Notes: generated by a model from the sequence alone, not told the origin. 64,000 nt of DNA from Candidatus Saccharimonadales bacterium (GCA_035710125.1 DASTDY010000058.1:704-64703); one strand, 5' to 3'. Counted from the stretch's first letter, positions 36,459 to 46,780 are shown. Program-made: numbers and translations.

Positions 36459-36995
36459 CTATTCAGTAGGATTTATAGCCAAAAGCTCGACCTCGAACAC
36501 AAGGTCGGTATTTGGTGGGATACCTATGCTACCTTCGGTGCCATACGCGAGTGCTGCGGGAATGACCAAACGGCGCTGGCCACCAACCTGCATACCCGGA
36601 ATCCCTTGCTGCCAACCAGGGATAACTTGCGCCAAAGAAAACGAAATTGGCTCACCATTTTCATAACTGCTATCAAACTTTGCGCCGGTCTGGGCAATAG
36701 TGCCCTTATAGTGTACCTGGACCGTGTCGCCTGGCTGCACGGCAGGGCCGGTGCCAACCTTAGAATCGGTAATGGTGAGCTTGTCTACCTTACCCTCTAC
36801 TTTAAACGCAGTTGGGTCAATTTTTTGCTTTTTTTGGGCGTCTGCCGATGCTTTCTCGAGCGCCTGCGTTTGCGGGTCTTTATTCTGATCTTGGTTAATA
36901 ATCATAATAAAGTATGAACCAACAAACCCAACGGTCATAACAAACACAATTATTAAAATAATTGCGCGGGTTGATTTTTTAGTCTTGTATTCCAT
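36459..36995 (-). CDS. membrane-anchored FKBP-type peptidyl-prolyl isomerase
   Basis: N-terminal TM, then GDTVQVHYKGT...FDSSY...F.LAQVIPGWQQGIPGMQVGGQRRLVIPAALAYG. Confidence 0.88.
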   Translation of the reverse strand: MEYKTKKSTRAIILIIVFVMTVGFVGSYFIMIINQDQNKDPQTQALEKASADAQKKQKIDPTAFKVEGKVDKLTITDSKVGTGPAVQPGDTVQVHYKGTIAQTGAKFDSSYENGEPISFSLAQVIPGWQQGIPGMQVGGQRRLVIPAALAYGTEGSIGIPPNTDLVFEVELLAINPTE

Positions 36996-37027
36996 GTGGT
37001 TATCCCCTCTGTAATTTACTGGTTTTG

Positions 37028-39487
37028 CTACACGCGTTCGGTGTCTATCGCAGCGGTAACTGATTGCACCATGACATCTAAAATACTGCCGGCTTCGTCG
37101 CGCGTGAGCGTACGGTCGGCGTGCTGCAAGGTTATGCGGAAGGTTATTTGCTTGTGGGTAGTGTCGTCTTGGCGCTGGTAAATATCGAGCGGTTCAATGC
37201 TCACGTGTAGGCGTTCGTCGCCTACAAATGCGCTACGGACCAACGCCTCGAGATCAGCATACAAAATCGAGGCAGCGACCCTAAGACAAACATCTTGCTC
37301 AACACTCGGAAAACGCAAGAGTGGCTGGTACTGCGTGGGGTTTTGGTGTTTTAACACCCGCTCTAAATCTATCTCAAAACCAGCCGCGTAATCTGGCAAT
37401 TTTAGATTTTTACGGGTTTTGGCGCTATACTCCCCAATAAAGCCCACAAAGTCATCGCCTACCTGTACGTAGCCGGCGCGTTTTGACTCGAACGGCGCAA
37501 ACACTTGGCGGCCGATCTCCCACTTGGGCGCATCACTCGCGGGCACAATAGAATACGGGACATGCAGCGCGCCTAACACAAACCGCAAATAATGCGCGGC
37601 GCGGTAGTAGGCCGCACCAGCTTGGTCGGCTTGCGATGCGAACACAAAGGCCAAGGTCTGGTACTCACGCGGAAGCCCATCGCAGTCTACGTCGGTCTTA
37701 ATATGGATTTTATTCAGCTCAAACAATGCGTGCTGCGTAAAGCCAGCCTTAATGTTTGGATGCACCTTTTCGAGCAGGCTAGGCGTAAGGCTTAGGCGGT
37801 AATGCTGTAAATCGGGGCTAAGCGCGTTACGGATTGCGAATGCGTGCTCTGGGTTCTGGCCGACATCTTTTAGCAGTTTAGCCGACACGAACGAGTATGT
37901 TTGTAGCTCGTTCGCACCCGCGCTAGCTAGCAGCGTGCGGATGCGATGCTTTAGGTTATCTATTAACGGTGATTTTGCCGCCTTGGTTGGCCGAGTCGGC
38001 AGCCCGTGCGGAAGGTTATCGTAACCATTGAGGCGGCCGATTTCTTCTACAAGGTCTTCAGGAATTTCTAAATCGGTGCGCCAAAACGGCGGTACTACCA
38101 CAAGCTCATCGCCACGTACCTCTACCCTGCATTCTACATTGGTAAGCGTTGTGGCCATGTGTTCGGCACTGTACGACGATCCAAGCCGCGAATTAATAAA
38201 TTCGCTGGTAGTCACAATAGGTGTGGGCGAGAATCCTTTAGGGAATATGTCGGTCACATCACTTGCCACACGCGCACCGCCGAGCACAAGCTCTTGCACT
38301 GCCTTTGCCAACACAGGCAGGCACTGCGCAGGGCTCTGGCCTTTACTGTACCGAGTGACTGCATCTGTAAAGATGCCGTGCGCCATGCTTGTGCGACGGA
38401 TTGTAAACATATCAAACGTTGCGCACTCTAAAATAATGCGCGTGGTGGTAGGGTTGATTTCGCTATTTGAGGCGCCCATCATACCCCCAAGGCCAATTAT
38501 TTGGTCTTTGCTAGCAATGAGCATCGCGTCTTTGTGCGGCGTAATTGTCTTACCGTCGAGCAAAGTAACTTGTTCGTTTATTTTTGGCTTGCGCACGGTA
38601 ATATCGGCATGGTTTTTGCTGCCGGCTATTTTATCGAAGTCGAATGCGTGCATTGGCTGGCCAGTGAGCAACATGTAAAAATTAGTAATGTCTACTACAT
38701 TATTTATAGGCCTCACCCCAAGCCGCTGAAGATAGCTTTGCAGCCAAAGTGGGCTCGGACCAATTTGTATGTGGTCGAGCGCAACCGCCATGTAGCGCGG
38801 CACAAGCTCGGGGATCTCGTTGGTAACAGACAGCGTGAGCGTGGGGTTATCGGCTATAGGCATGGCTGCATCTTGCATGTACCAATCCGGACTGCTAAAT
38901 GGCAAGCCTTGGATCCCTGCAATCTCACGCGCAACGCCTATATTGCCAAAACCATCCGGGCGGTGCGTAAACATTTTGTTTTCGATATCTATAATTGTAT
39001 CGTTTAGATTGTATGCGTCGGCCAGCAAGGTACCGGCTGGCGCGTTGGTATCGAGCACCGCAACCTTTTGATGGTCGTCGTTTAAGCCCAGCTCTTTGCC
39101 AGAGCCAAACATGCCGTTGCTCATCTCGCCGCGCAAAGGCCGCGCTTCCATAACGACCGGCGCATCTGTGCCATATGTCATAGGAACAGTTTGACCAGGC
39201 GCAATCCAGCCTACTTTGTCGCCCACTTGCAGCGTTGTATCGCCAGACACCACCTGCATGTTTTTTTGGCCATCCCACAACTGGTAAATACTCAATTTAT
39301 CGGCGTTGGGGTGCGGAGCAGCATGGGAGATTTCGACCACTTGTATACCTTGGTACTTTGGCGCAAGGTCTCTAACTTCTTCTACCGCACCAAGTTGCCT
39401 GCCGATTTTTGCCACTAACTCATCAGACGACAGCGACCATTGCCCGCCGTCCGAGTATGCTTTCATTAAAGAAACAGAAACTTTCAT
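37028..39487 (-). CDS. pheT: phenylalanine--tRNA ligase beta subunit
   Basis: 819 aa with tRNA-binding, B3/4, B5 and C-terminal anticodon-binding-like regions. Lies directly downstream of pheS with a 1-nt overlap. Confidence 0.92.
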   Translation of the reverse strand: MKVSVSLMKAYSDGGQWSLSSDELVAKIGRQLGAVEEVRDLAPKYQGIQVVEISHAAPHPNADKLSIYQLWDGQKNMQVVSGDTTLQVGDKVGWIAPGQTVPMTYGTDAPVVMEARPLRGEMSNGMFGSGKELGLNDDHQKVAVLDTNAPAGTLLADAYNLNDTIIDIENKMFTHRPDGFGNIGVAREIAGIQGLPFSSPDWYMQDAAMPIADNPTLTLSVTNEIPELVPRYMAVALDHIQIGPSPLWLQSYLQRLGVRPINNVVDITNFYMLLTGQPMHAFDFDKIAGSKNHADITVRKPKINEQVTLLDGKTITPHKDAMLIASKDQIIGLGGMMGASNSEINPTTTRIILECATFDMFTIRRTSMAHGIFTDAVTRYSKGQSPAQCLPVLAKAVQELVLGGARVASDVTDIFPKGFSPTPIVTTSEFINSRLGSSYSAEHMATTLTNVECRVEVRGDELVVVPPFWRTDLEIPEDLVEEIGRLNGYDNLPHGLPTRPTKAAKSPLIDNLKHRIRTLLASAGANELQTYSFVSAKLLKDVGQNPEHAFAIRNALSPDLQHYRLSLTPSLLEKVHPNIKAGFTQHALFELNKIHIKTDVDCDGLPREYQTLAFVFASQADQAGAAYYRAAHYLRFVLGALHVPYSIVPASDAPKWEIGRQVFAPFESKRAGYVQVGDDFVGFIGEYSAKTRKNLKLPDYAAGFEIDLERVLKHQNPTQYQPLLRFPSVEQDVCLRVAASILYADLEALVRSAFVGDERLHVSIEPLDIYQRQDDTTHKQITFRITLQHADRTLTRDEAGSILDVMVQSVTAAIDTERV

Positions 39488-40500
39488 TACTTAAACTGCC
39501 TTAAAAATTGTAATTTGCCCGCCTGGAAATGGCGGATGTCTTCTATGCCGTATTTCATCATAACCAACCTATCGAGACCGAGCCCCCATGCGAAACCAGA
39601 ATACTCATTGGGGTCGATGCCGCCTTCGCGCAGTACATTTGGGTGGATCATGCCGCAGCCCAAAAGCTCGATCCAACCCTCGTACTTGCAGGTCATGCAG
39701 CCTTTTTCGTGGCAGAACGGGCAGCTAATTGCATACTCGAACCCGGGCTCAACAAACGGAAAATACGCCGGCTGTATGCGGAATTTCAGCTGGGTTTGGT
39801 AGTATTCCTCTAAAAATGCCTGCAAGGTTGCGAGTAAGTGGCCAACATTTATATTTTTGTCTACATACACGCCTTCGATTTGGTTTAGGGTGTGTTCGTG
39901 CTTGGCATCGAGGTCTTCGTTGCGGAACACGCGGCCAATAATAACGGTGCGGATTGGCATTTTGCCCCTTTTAAGCACACGGTTTTGCATGGTGCTGGTG
40001 TGGGCGGGCGCAATGAGGCCTTCTTGCGTTACAAAGGTGTCGTAATCATCGCGGGCTGGGTGGCCTTGGGGAAAGTTAAGCGCCTCGAACATGTGGTAGT
40101 CGTCGTCTAGCTGTCGCGAGTCTATGCAGGCAAAGCCCATACGCGCAAAAATATCAGCCACCACCTGGCGTTCTGTGCTTAAGGGGTGGACACTGCCGGT
40201 TTCTGGACCAAAAAGCGATGGCCTAAGCGCAGGTGCAACGTTAACGTCGAACGGCGCGGTCGGGTCAATGGGCACCACGGCTGCATTCGCAAGCGTAGCC
40301 TCGTAACCGTCCACCATAGCCTGAAGCTCTTCGCGCAAATCGTTAATTGCCTGGCCGTACGCAGGCCGGTCGGCATTGGGCACATGTTTTATACCAGCAT
40401 AGAGCGCCTTAAGCTCGGGCGCTTTTAAAATGTCACGTTTATCGGTAAGTTCGGCAAATCGCTCTTTAAGAGCGTGGGCCGCAAGGGACACATCTTTCAT
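39487..40500 (-). CDS. pheS: phenylalanine--tRNA ligase alpha subunit
   Basis: Class II motifs HPARDDYDTF, RVFRNE and FAWGLGLDRLVM. Confidence 0.95.
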   Translation of the reverse strand: MKDVSLAAHALKERFAELTDKRDILKAPELKALYAGIKHVPNADRPAYGQAINDLREELQAMVDGYEATLANAAVVPIDPTAPFDVNVAPALRPSLFGPETGSVHPLSTERQVVADIFARMGFACIDSRQLDDDYHMFEALNFPQGHPARDDYDTFVTQEGLIAPAHTSTMQNRVLKRGKMPIRTVIIGRVFRNEDLDAKHEHTLNQIEGVYVDKNINVGHLLATLQAFLEEYYQTQLKFRIQPAYFPFVEPGFEYAISCPFCHEKGCMTCKYEGWIELLGCGMIHPNVLREGGIDPNEYSGFAWGLGLDRLVMMKYGIEDIRHFQAGKLQFLRQFK

Positions 40501-40547
40501 CTTGGTATAAGTATAGCGCGAGACTATACAAAAAGCACTACTGGCGC

Positions 40548-40784
40548 TTAGCTGCCATTAAAAATAAAGACCACGAATACAGCCAACGCAACCACCACCA
40601 TAGTAATAACACCTACCCAAAAGACAGACCGGCCAGTGGCTTCTTGTGAGTCTTCTAAAATAACATTGCCTGGTTTTGGGGCTTTTATGCCGCCTTCGCC
40701 CGATTGGGATCGCGCCAGCAGATCACCGGCAATTTTTTCTTGTAAATGAGTTCGTTGTTCGGTTTGCTTTAAAAATAGTGCCAT
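40548..40784 (-). CDS. small C-terminally anchored membrane protein
   Basis: 78 aa with TM FWVGVITMVVVALAVFVVFIF. Confidence 0.45.
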   Translation of the reverse strand: MALFLKQTEQRTHLQEKIAGDLLARSQSGEGGIKAPKPGNVILEDSQEATGRSVFWVGVITMVVVALAVFVVFIFNGS

Positions 40785-40858
40785 GTCGTATGTTAGTGTA
40801 ACATGCCATTTTGGCCAATGGGTGTTGCATTTTATACGTTTTGCGAAGCGACTACTGT

Positions 40859-40888
40859 TTGAACGGGAGAAAAGGCTTATGGTATACT
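40859..40888 (+). promoter_or_regulatory. putative promoter of the aquaporin gene
   Basis: TTGAAC (40859-40864), 18 nt including TGG, then TATACT (40883-40888). AGGAGG SD precedes ATG 40917. Confidence 0.4.
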
Positions 40889-40916
40889 TTGTCGCATAAC
40901 AACACTAGGAGGAACC

Positions 40917-41726
40917 ATGCCCAAAACCAAAGCTTCCGCTAAGTCAAAACCGTCTGGCAAGTCAACACCAAGCCAGGCGCATACTGCCACAAAGCATCAG
41001 TCGGCCCCTAAAAGAATTGGCACGGCACGCTCCTTTTTGGAGCGTTTTAACACGAATATCGCGATTGGCTCACTTTTTGCCGAACTTGTAGGCACGTTTG
41101 GCCTTACGGCACTTGTCCTTAGCACAAACGGCAACCCTGTTGTTGCAGCAGTTGCTGTTATGATTTTTGTGATTGTATTCGGCAAGCTCTCCGGCGCCCA
41201 TATTAACCCAGCCGTTACTATTGCCTTACTCACAGTCCGACGCATATCAGCCTTACGCGGGGCAGGATACATTGTTGCCCAGTTAATAGGGTCTATGCTT
41301 GCACTAATTGTGATTGCTCAGTTTGCGAGTGCCGCCCCGCCTGTAGTAAACCCCGAGACAGACCAGCTTATTACCCGTAGCGTATTTGAAGTCCCTGCGC
41401 TGGTTGGCACCTGGACCCCATTCTTTGCAGAAATGCTAGGGTCGCTCATTTTAGGGCTTGGTATTGCAGCTGTAACTTTTGTAAAACGCGAAGGTTTGGA
41501 GTCTGGCTTTGCCGTAGGTGGCGCGCTCATGCTAGGGCTTTTCTTGGCAATGCAAGGCTCGGCGGCCGTACTTAACCCTGCAGTTGCACTTGGCTTAGAT
41601 GCCTTTACCTCTGATTTGTGGACATACTCTGTGTATGCGTTCGCACCAGTCATTGGCGTTACCGCCGGTGTGATGCTGTTCCGTTTGCTGCAATTAGACG
41701 TTAAAGAAGAGACAAAATCGGCGTAA
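40917..41726 (+). CDS. MIP-family channel (aquaporin/glycerol facilitator) with Lys/Ser-rich N-terminal extension
   Basis: Two NPA boxes (SGAHINPAVT and AVLNPAVALG) and six hydrophobic segments. Confidence 0.88.
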   Translation: MPKTKASAKSKPSGKSTPSQAHTATKHQSAPKRIGTARSFLERFNTNIAIGSLFAELVGTFGLTALVLSTNGNPVVAAVAVMIFVIVFGKLSGAHINPAVTIALLTVRRISALRGAGYIVAQLIGSMLALIVIAQFASAAPPVVNPETDQLITRSVFEVPALVGTWTPFFAEMLGSLILGLGIAAVTFVKREGLESGFAVGGALMLGLFLAMQGSAAVLNPAVALGLDAFTSDLWTYSVYAFAPVIGVTAGVMLFRLLQLDVKEETKSA

Positions 41727-41775
41727 CACTTATTCGCCGCAAAAGATCAGCCCGCACTGTGAAGGGCTGATTTTT

Positions 41776-42864
41776 TTAATCCGCAAGTTGCGGCCGGTCT
41801 ACTGTGAGAGGCTCGATAGCTGGTGTGGTGGCCGAGATTTTTACCACATCTTTGTCTACTTTTTTAAGCTCTTTATGGGCAGTATTAAAATGGTTAACCG
41901 TGGTGCTTAAACTGCTGCCTAACTTTTGCATGTAGGTATCATACGCTTGAAGGTGCTGACTGAGCTGGCCTACCCGCACCTGGATCTCTTTAGCCTGCTC
42001 TTCTATCTGTAGACTCCGCAAGCCTTGCAACACCGTTTGCAAATACGCCATAAAAGAGGTTGGCGACACAATGATGACCCGCTTGTCTCGAAAGGCATAT
42101 TCTATAAGGTCACGCGAGCTTGTGCCTGTAGTGCCCACCTTGTTAATCAGCAGGTCGTAGTACACGGCTTCGCTCGGTATGAACATAAACGCAAAATCCA
42201 TGGTGCTCTCAGATTCGCGGATATACTTACTAGTTTCGTCTATACGTGTCTTAAGGTCTTGCTTTAATTGTTTTGCCAATATTTCGCGCCGTGTTTTGTC
42301 TTTTTCTTCTATAAGCCGGTTGTAATTTTCTAGGCTAAATTTAGAATCTATAGGTAAAATTTTATTTTTTTCTAAAAATATTACTGCGTCTACAGTTTCG
42401 CCGTCGTTAAACTTATATTGCAGTTGGAACCTCGACGGCGGCAGCACGTTCATAAGCACAGTTTGCAAATAGTATTCGCCAAGCACACCGCGCTGCTTAG
42501 GATTTTGCAGCACATTCTGTAATAATTTAAGCTCATCGGCAACGTCTACAACGCGCCGGTTCGTTTCGTCAAGTTTTGCCAGGCGCTCTGTAACATCTGT
42601 AATCAGCTTTGTGCTAGCCGAAAACTGTTTCATTATTGATTCGCGCATAAGCTCTTGGTTCTTGTCTAGCCGATCCGTAAGATGTGACTGTAGCCCCTCT
42701 TTTAACGCACCAATGCCCTCGTTTAACGCCAACAAGTCTTGTTTGAGCAAATGGGTTGCCGTATTATCACGCAGGTCGCGCATCCGTTGGTTAAATAAAT
42801 AAATGACCAGGCCAAAACCAATCAGCACGACGGCAAGGATAATAATAAGTACAGTTGTTGACAT
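41776..42864 (-). CDS. rmuC: DNA recombination protein RmuC
   Basis: N-terminal TM, coiled coil, then the RmuC core LQNPKQRGVLGEYYL...DAVIFL...IPIDSKFSLE. Confidence 0.85.
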   Translation of the reverse strand: MSTTVLIIILAVVLIGFGLVIYLFNQRMRDLRDNTATHLLKQDLLALNEGIGALKEGLQSHLTDRLDKNQELMRESIMKQFSASTKLITDVTERLAKLDETNRRVVDVADELKLLQNVLQNPKQRGVLGEYYLQTVLMNVLPPSRFQLQYKFNDGETVDAVIFLEKNKILPIDSKFSLENYNRLIEEKDKTRREILAKQLKQDLKTRIDETSKYIRESESTMDFAFMFIPSEAVYYDLLINKVGTTGTSSRDLIEYAFRDKRVIIVSPTSFMAYLQTVLQGLRSLQIEEQAKEIQVRVGQLSQHLQAYDTYMQKLGSSLSTTVNHFNTAHKELKKVDKDVVKISATTPAIEPLTVDRPQLAD

Positions 42865-42885
42865 ACACCCTCTCTTAAAAACTTT

Positions 42886-43380
42886 TTACGCAACTAACGA
42901 CCAACACACCAAGGCGGTGGCACCTGCCGAAAGTACAATACTAAGCGGAAAATGCCTAAGCCGCAGCAACCAGTAGAATAACAGGTACAAAACCGCTGTC
43001 AGTGCCATAGAGAACGCAAAATACTCCACGACATGTCCAGATAGCGGGTCTACAAATTTCTTAAATCCCCACATTGCAATTGTGGCTGCAAGGATTAGCG
43101 GCAAAGGACGGAACACCCCCCAGCTTGCAAAAATAGCGACCACAACCATACCTACAATAATTGCGGCAATGTGGTATGCAACCACGCCACCCGAGGAGCA
43201 TACACTAAAGTCCTGGCCGGCATTGCAAAAAACTGATGCAATTATGCCGTTTGCAATCGCCAAACCAAGCAGTGGCACCAGACCGCCAGCTATAAGGCCG
43301 GTAATAAACACGCGAATAATCTCTGCACGAGGCGCATGCATGTACGGTTTAAGTTGGGGCGATGCCTGAACGTCTGTCAT
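42886..43380 (-). CDS. multi-pass membrane protein
   Basis: 164 aa, 4-5 hydrophobic segments, no recognised motif. Confidence 0.5.
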   Translation of the reverse strand: MTDVQASPQLKPYMHAPRAEIIRVFITGLIAGGLVPLLGLAIANGIIASVFCNAGQDFSVCSSGGVVAYHIAAIIVGMVVVAIFASWGVFRPLPLILAATIAMWGFKKFVDPLSGHVVEYFAFSMALTAVLYLLFYWLLRLRHFPLSIVLSAGATALVCWSLVA

Positions 43381-43445
43381 ACCAAACCTCTTTGGAGTAT
43401 TGCAATCTTACTTTTTACTAGTATAGCAAGTTTATTCTACAGCCG

Positions 43446-43928
43446 CTACTTCTTGGTTTTGAGTGAGTAAAACGACTTGCCATAAACCAATACCGCCGCC
43501 AAGAGTGCGCAAGCTAATCCTCCTAAGACATCAGCAGGCGTATGCACCAACGCGACAACTCGCCCAAAAGCGACCGCACAACTCATTACAAGCAGTGCTA
43601 CTGCAAGGCGCTTGTTGCGTGTACTGGCCCACACAACAAAGGTTATTACAAAAACAAGCAATGCATGGTCCGACGGGAACCCTGGATTATTTAAATACGC
43701 CGCACCAGCCGACACGCCAAGCTGCTCAAACGGCCGCTGGCCATCCTGGAACAACAAACTTGCAATGCTAGCAAATAACAACGCTAAAAGCCCTGTAAAA
43801 ACGCCGCGGGCAATGTACATAACCCGCGTAGAAGCAGGCAGCCGTAGCATTGCAATTGCGCCAACAAGGACGATCGGCACAACAAGCGCATCGGCAATAA
43901 GCCGTACAAAAATGTCTGACACTGACAT
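43446..43928 (-). CDS. PAP2-family phosphatase (undecaprenyl-diphosphatase-like)
   Basis: PSDH and GRVVALVHTPADVLGG resemble PAP2 motifs C2/C3. Membrane-embedded. Confidence 0.65.
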   Translation of the reverse strand: MSVSDIFVRLIADALVVPIVLVGAIAMLRLPASTRVMYIARGVFTGLLALLFASIASLLFQDGQRPFEQLGVSAGAAYLNNPGFPSDHALLVFVITFVVWASTRNKRLAVALLVMSCAVAFGRVVALVHTPADVLGGLACALLAAVLVYGKSFYSLKTKK

Positions 43929-43949
43929 ACACCCTAAGCATACCGTATA

Positions 43950-44846
43950 ATGATTAAAATGATAAAATACGGATTAATCGCACTAAAACGTCTTTTAGTG
44001 CTGGCATTAGTTGCAGGCCTCACCTGGTTTACAGTGTTCGAGTTCTTTCCTTTAGTAGACGCGCGCCTGCCATTTTTGGTCGCCGTTATTATTACATACG
44101 CATTCTTGGCTTATGTTGCAATCCCCACTCTGCTACGAGTCAGGCACCTTATCCAACCACCCAACCACGTTCCTACCCGCACCATAGCCGCCGATGGTTG
44201 GGCAGTGGATGCGATCAATATAGTAGTACTCGCTCGCAACGAAAAAGAGTTCACTTGGGCTATGCAAAAGGCCGGATGGCTACTTGCCGACGCCCCAACA
44301 TTCAAAAATAGGCTAAAAATTGTCTGGGCAATCGTGTTTAACCAGCCCTACCCTAACGCGCCATTTGGCAATTATTACGTGTTTGGCCGTAAGCAAGACC
44401 TGGGGTTCCAGATACCGATTGGCAACAGCCCGCGGCATAGGCATCATGTTAGGTTTTGGAGACTTGGCACTACATTGCTCGACGACGAACACGAACACCA
44501 TGGTTTCTGGCGTAAATTGCTGCGACGCTTTATTCAAAGAGAAAAAGAAATCTGGGTTGGCGCCGCTATTTTAGACAAGGGGTTAAATGTGCGTCTGCGC
44601 AACTTCCAACTTGACCATGGGATCCACGAAGACACATCGCTAGAGCGTGATTTTGTAACACAATCCCTGCGTGAGGCGCGCGTGCTCAGGGACAGCATAA
44701 ATATTAAGGCCGGAGAACCACTCCATACCAGACACCAAGGCCTGGGCGAAAAAATTATTGCAGACGGGTATGTGACGCTTTGCGAACTAAAAAGACAAAT
44801 ACTGCCCCCAGGCACCAAGGCCCAGAGGCAGCAAAAAATACGATAA
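43950..44846 (+). CDS. LssY C-terminal-domain-like membrane protein
   Basis: Two N-terminal TMs, then a domain with NAPFGNYYVFGRKQDLGFQIPIGNSPRHRHHVRFW. Divergent from the PAP2 gene, a pairing/fusion known for LssY-like proteins. Confidence 0.45.
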   Translation: MIKMIKYGLIALKRLLVLALVAGLTWFTVFEFFPLVDARLPFLVAVIITYAFLAYVAIPTLLRVRHLIQPPNHVPTRTIAADGWAVDAINIVVLARNEKEFTWAMQKAGWLLADAPTFKNRLKIVWAIVFNQPYPNAPFGNYYVFGRKQDLGFQIPIGNSPRHRHHVRFWRLGTTLLDDEHEHHGFWRKLLRRFIQREKEIWVGAAILDKGLNVRLRNFQLDHGIHEDTSLERDFVTQSLREARVLRDSINIKAGEPLHTRHQGLGEKIIADGYVTLCELKRQILPPGTKAQRQQKIR

Positions 44847-44857
44847 GACGATATCTC

Positions 44858-45301
44858 TTATACAGATTCTGATCGTGCCAAGTGGCGCAATACTGTAAAG
44901 TATGCGTTCATATCTTTGGCGCTAATGCCATCGTAAAGGTGGTCATTTTGGCGCGCTTTTAAGTCGGCTTCTATTGCGCCGACTTTTGGAGCGAACTCAG
45001 GGCTTAAGCGGACAAGCTTTGCGCGATTGTCTTGACCGTGGCCAGCGCGTGCGACGAATCCTTTTGCTTCGAGCACGTTTACGCTTGTAGTAATGAACGC
45101 CAACGATGTATCGAGGGCGTGGGCTAGGTCAGAGATTCGCACACCTTGTTCGCCGGCATCGGCAACCAAGCCAATAATCGACCACTGCATCATGGTGATG
45201 CCATGGTCTTTAAGCGACTCGGTTAAATGCGCTTTGATTGCACGGTGCGCGCGTGATTGCAGCACAACGTCATTGTAGGTGTTTGACTCTTTAATATTCA
45301 T
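44858..45301 (-). CDS. MarR-family transcriptional regulator
   Basis: Winged-helix core ITMMQWSIIGLVADAGEQGVRISDLAHALDTSLAFITTSVNVLEAKGFVAR...DNRAKLVRL. Confidence 0.85.
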   Translation of the reverse strand: MNIKESNTYNDVVLQSRAHRAIKAHLTESLKDHGITMMQWSIIGLVADAGEQGVRISDLAHALDTSLAFITTSVNVLEAKGFVARAGHGQDNRAKLVRLSPEFAPKVGAIEADLKARQNDHLYDGISAKDMNAYFTVLRHLARSESV

Positions 45302-45331
45302 CGTCTGGACACTATAGAAAACCTTAGTTGG

Positions 45332-45354
45332 TTTCGCAACCCCTTTTTGCGAAA
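45332..45354. promoter_or_regulatory. palindromic operator candidate in the marR / small-secreted-gene intergenic region
   Basis: TTTCGCAA-cccctt-TTGCGAAA. A third half-site TTTCGCAA at 45444-45451 overlaps a -35-like TTCGCA, 17 nt before TATACT (45469-45474). That box lies 6 nt from ATG 45481. Confidence 0.4.
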
Positions 45355-45480
45355 AAACTACACATATTGTATGTATAACAGAGGTAAAGTTTTTTTAATA
45401 ATTTTTTAACTTTCCTGCTTTTATAATGCTACTATTGTCACGTTTTCGCAACACAAAGATGAACATGCTATACTAAATGC

Positions 45481-45855
45481 ATGGATAAACGTCGTCTTGT
45501 ACTCGCCTGTGCAGTCATTACGTTAGTTACAATTTGTATTATTACCGCAGTTATTTTTGCCATGAGCCGGCGCGAACCACCATCTGCCACACCGCCGTCC
45601 CCTATCACAGCTACTGGCAATCTGGTGTGCCTGCCGCACAAAAACGTGGCTCCTGGCCAACCGCAAACGTTGGAATGCGCGATTGGGCTCAAAGCGCAAG
45701 ATGGCAATTTTTATGGACTTAGTGGTCTTTCGCAACAAGACAGCACAACAGACTTCTCTAAAACTGTAAATGTAAGCGGTACCCTGGTTCCACCTGAAGC
45801 CAATAACAAGTACGATATCCGTGGCACAATTAAAGTAAATACGTTCGTAAAATAA
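45481..45855 (+). CDS. small secreted/membrane-anchored protein
   Basis: 124 aa. N-terminal TM LVLACAVITLVTICIITAVIFAM, two Cys, no recognised family. Confidence 0.5.
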   Translation: MDKRRLVLACAVITLVTICIITAVIFAMSRREPPSATPPSPITATGNLVCLPHKNVAPGQPQTLECAIGLKAQDGNFYGLSGLSQQDSTTDFSKTVNVSGTLVPPEANNKYDIRGTIKVNTFVK

Positions 45856-45870
45856 CTATATTCAGGCAGA

Positions 45871-46773
45871 CTAGTGCCGGCCGGTCAGCACGTCGGCAAG
45901 CACATGCGGGTCGGCATAGCGAAACACAATTTTGTATATTGCCTGTGCAACTGGATAACGACTTAAGTCCACGTTTTTTTGCAGTTCGTGGAGCGTGACT
46001 AGGCCCTCGCTTTTAATATGTTCGTCGGCGATGCGTTCGGCTAACGATTTACCAATGCGGTAATTAAAAGATTCCTCGCTAAAACCTGTGGCTAAAAGAT
46101 CACCTAAACCCGCCAGGCCTTCTGCCGTAAGCGGCTGGGCATGCATGTCTGACAGCATTCGCTTTACCTCTGCCAAAACTAGCACTACCATTTTACCTTT
46201 TGCATTCAACCCTAAGCCCAGGCCATCGATAAGGCCAAACCCAATGGCATACACGTTTTTAAGCACCGACGCCAACGCAACACCATGGGTATCTGCTGAA
46301 TATTCTAAATACAAATTTGCAGCCGCAAAATGATCGTAGAATACGCTGAACCACTTACGGTTAGAAAGCGCAAGTACGGCGTAAGAGGGGCGGCTGCGTT
46401 CGATCTCTCCTGCAATCATTGGACCGTACATGACACCAATGTCGTAATGCTCCGGCAGCTTGTCGCGCAAAACTTGGTCCATAGTTACGAAGCCAGGCTC
46501 AACACCTTTGGCACATGTTACAACCACCCGCGGTTCGTGGGGGTGGGCCGCCTTGCGGAGTTGTTTGGCTACGTCGTTCACTGCCCAAGATGGTACACAC
46601 ACCAACAAAATTTGGCAGATTCGTACAAGGTCTTCTATGCTGCCGGTGGTAGTTCTAGTGGGGTCGCGGTCGTAATACAACACTTGCAAATGAGATTTGG
46701 TTAAAGCATTGCCGAGCGCCTTGCCAAGCTCGCCTGCGCCAATTATTCCTACCTGGCTCAAAATGTTTTCCAT
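45871..46773 (-). CDS. gpsA: NAD(P)H-dependent glycerol-3-phosphate dehydrogenase
   Basis: IIGAGELGKALGNAL Rossmann motif and the GpsA-like core. Start moved to ATG 46773 (MENIL) because the first ATG (46782) lies inside the TGCTACAAT -10 box. Confidence 0.8.
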   Translation of the reverse strand: MENILSQVGIIGAGELGKALGNALTKSHLQVLYYDRDPTRTTTGSIEDLVRICQILLVCVPSWAVNDVAKQLRKAAHPHEPRVVVTCAKGVEPGFVTMDQVLRDKLPEHYDIGVMYGPMIAGEIERSRPSYAVLALSNRKWFSVFYDHFAAANLYLEYSADTHGVALASVLKNVYAIGFGLIDGLGLGLNAKGKMVVLVLAEVKRMLSDMHAQPLTAEGLAGLGDLLATGFSEESFNYRIGKSLAERIADEHIKSEGLVTLHELQKNVDLSRYPVAQAIYKIVFRYADPHVLADVLTGRH

Positions 46774-46780
46774 TGCTAGC

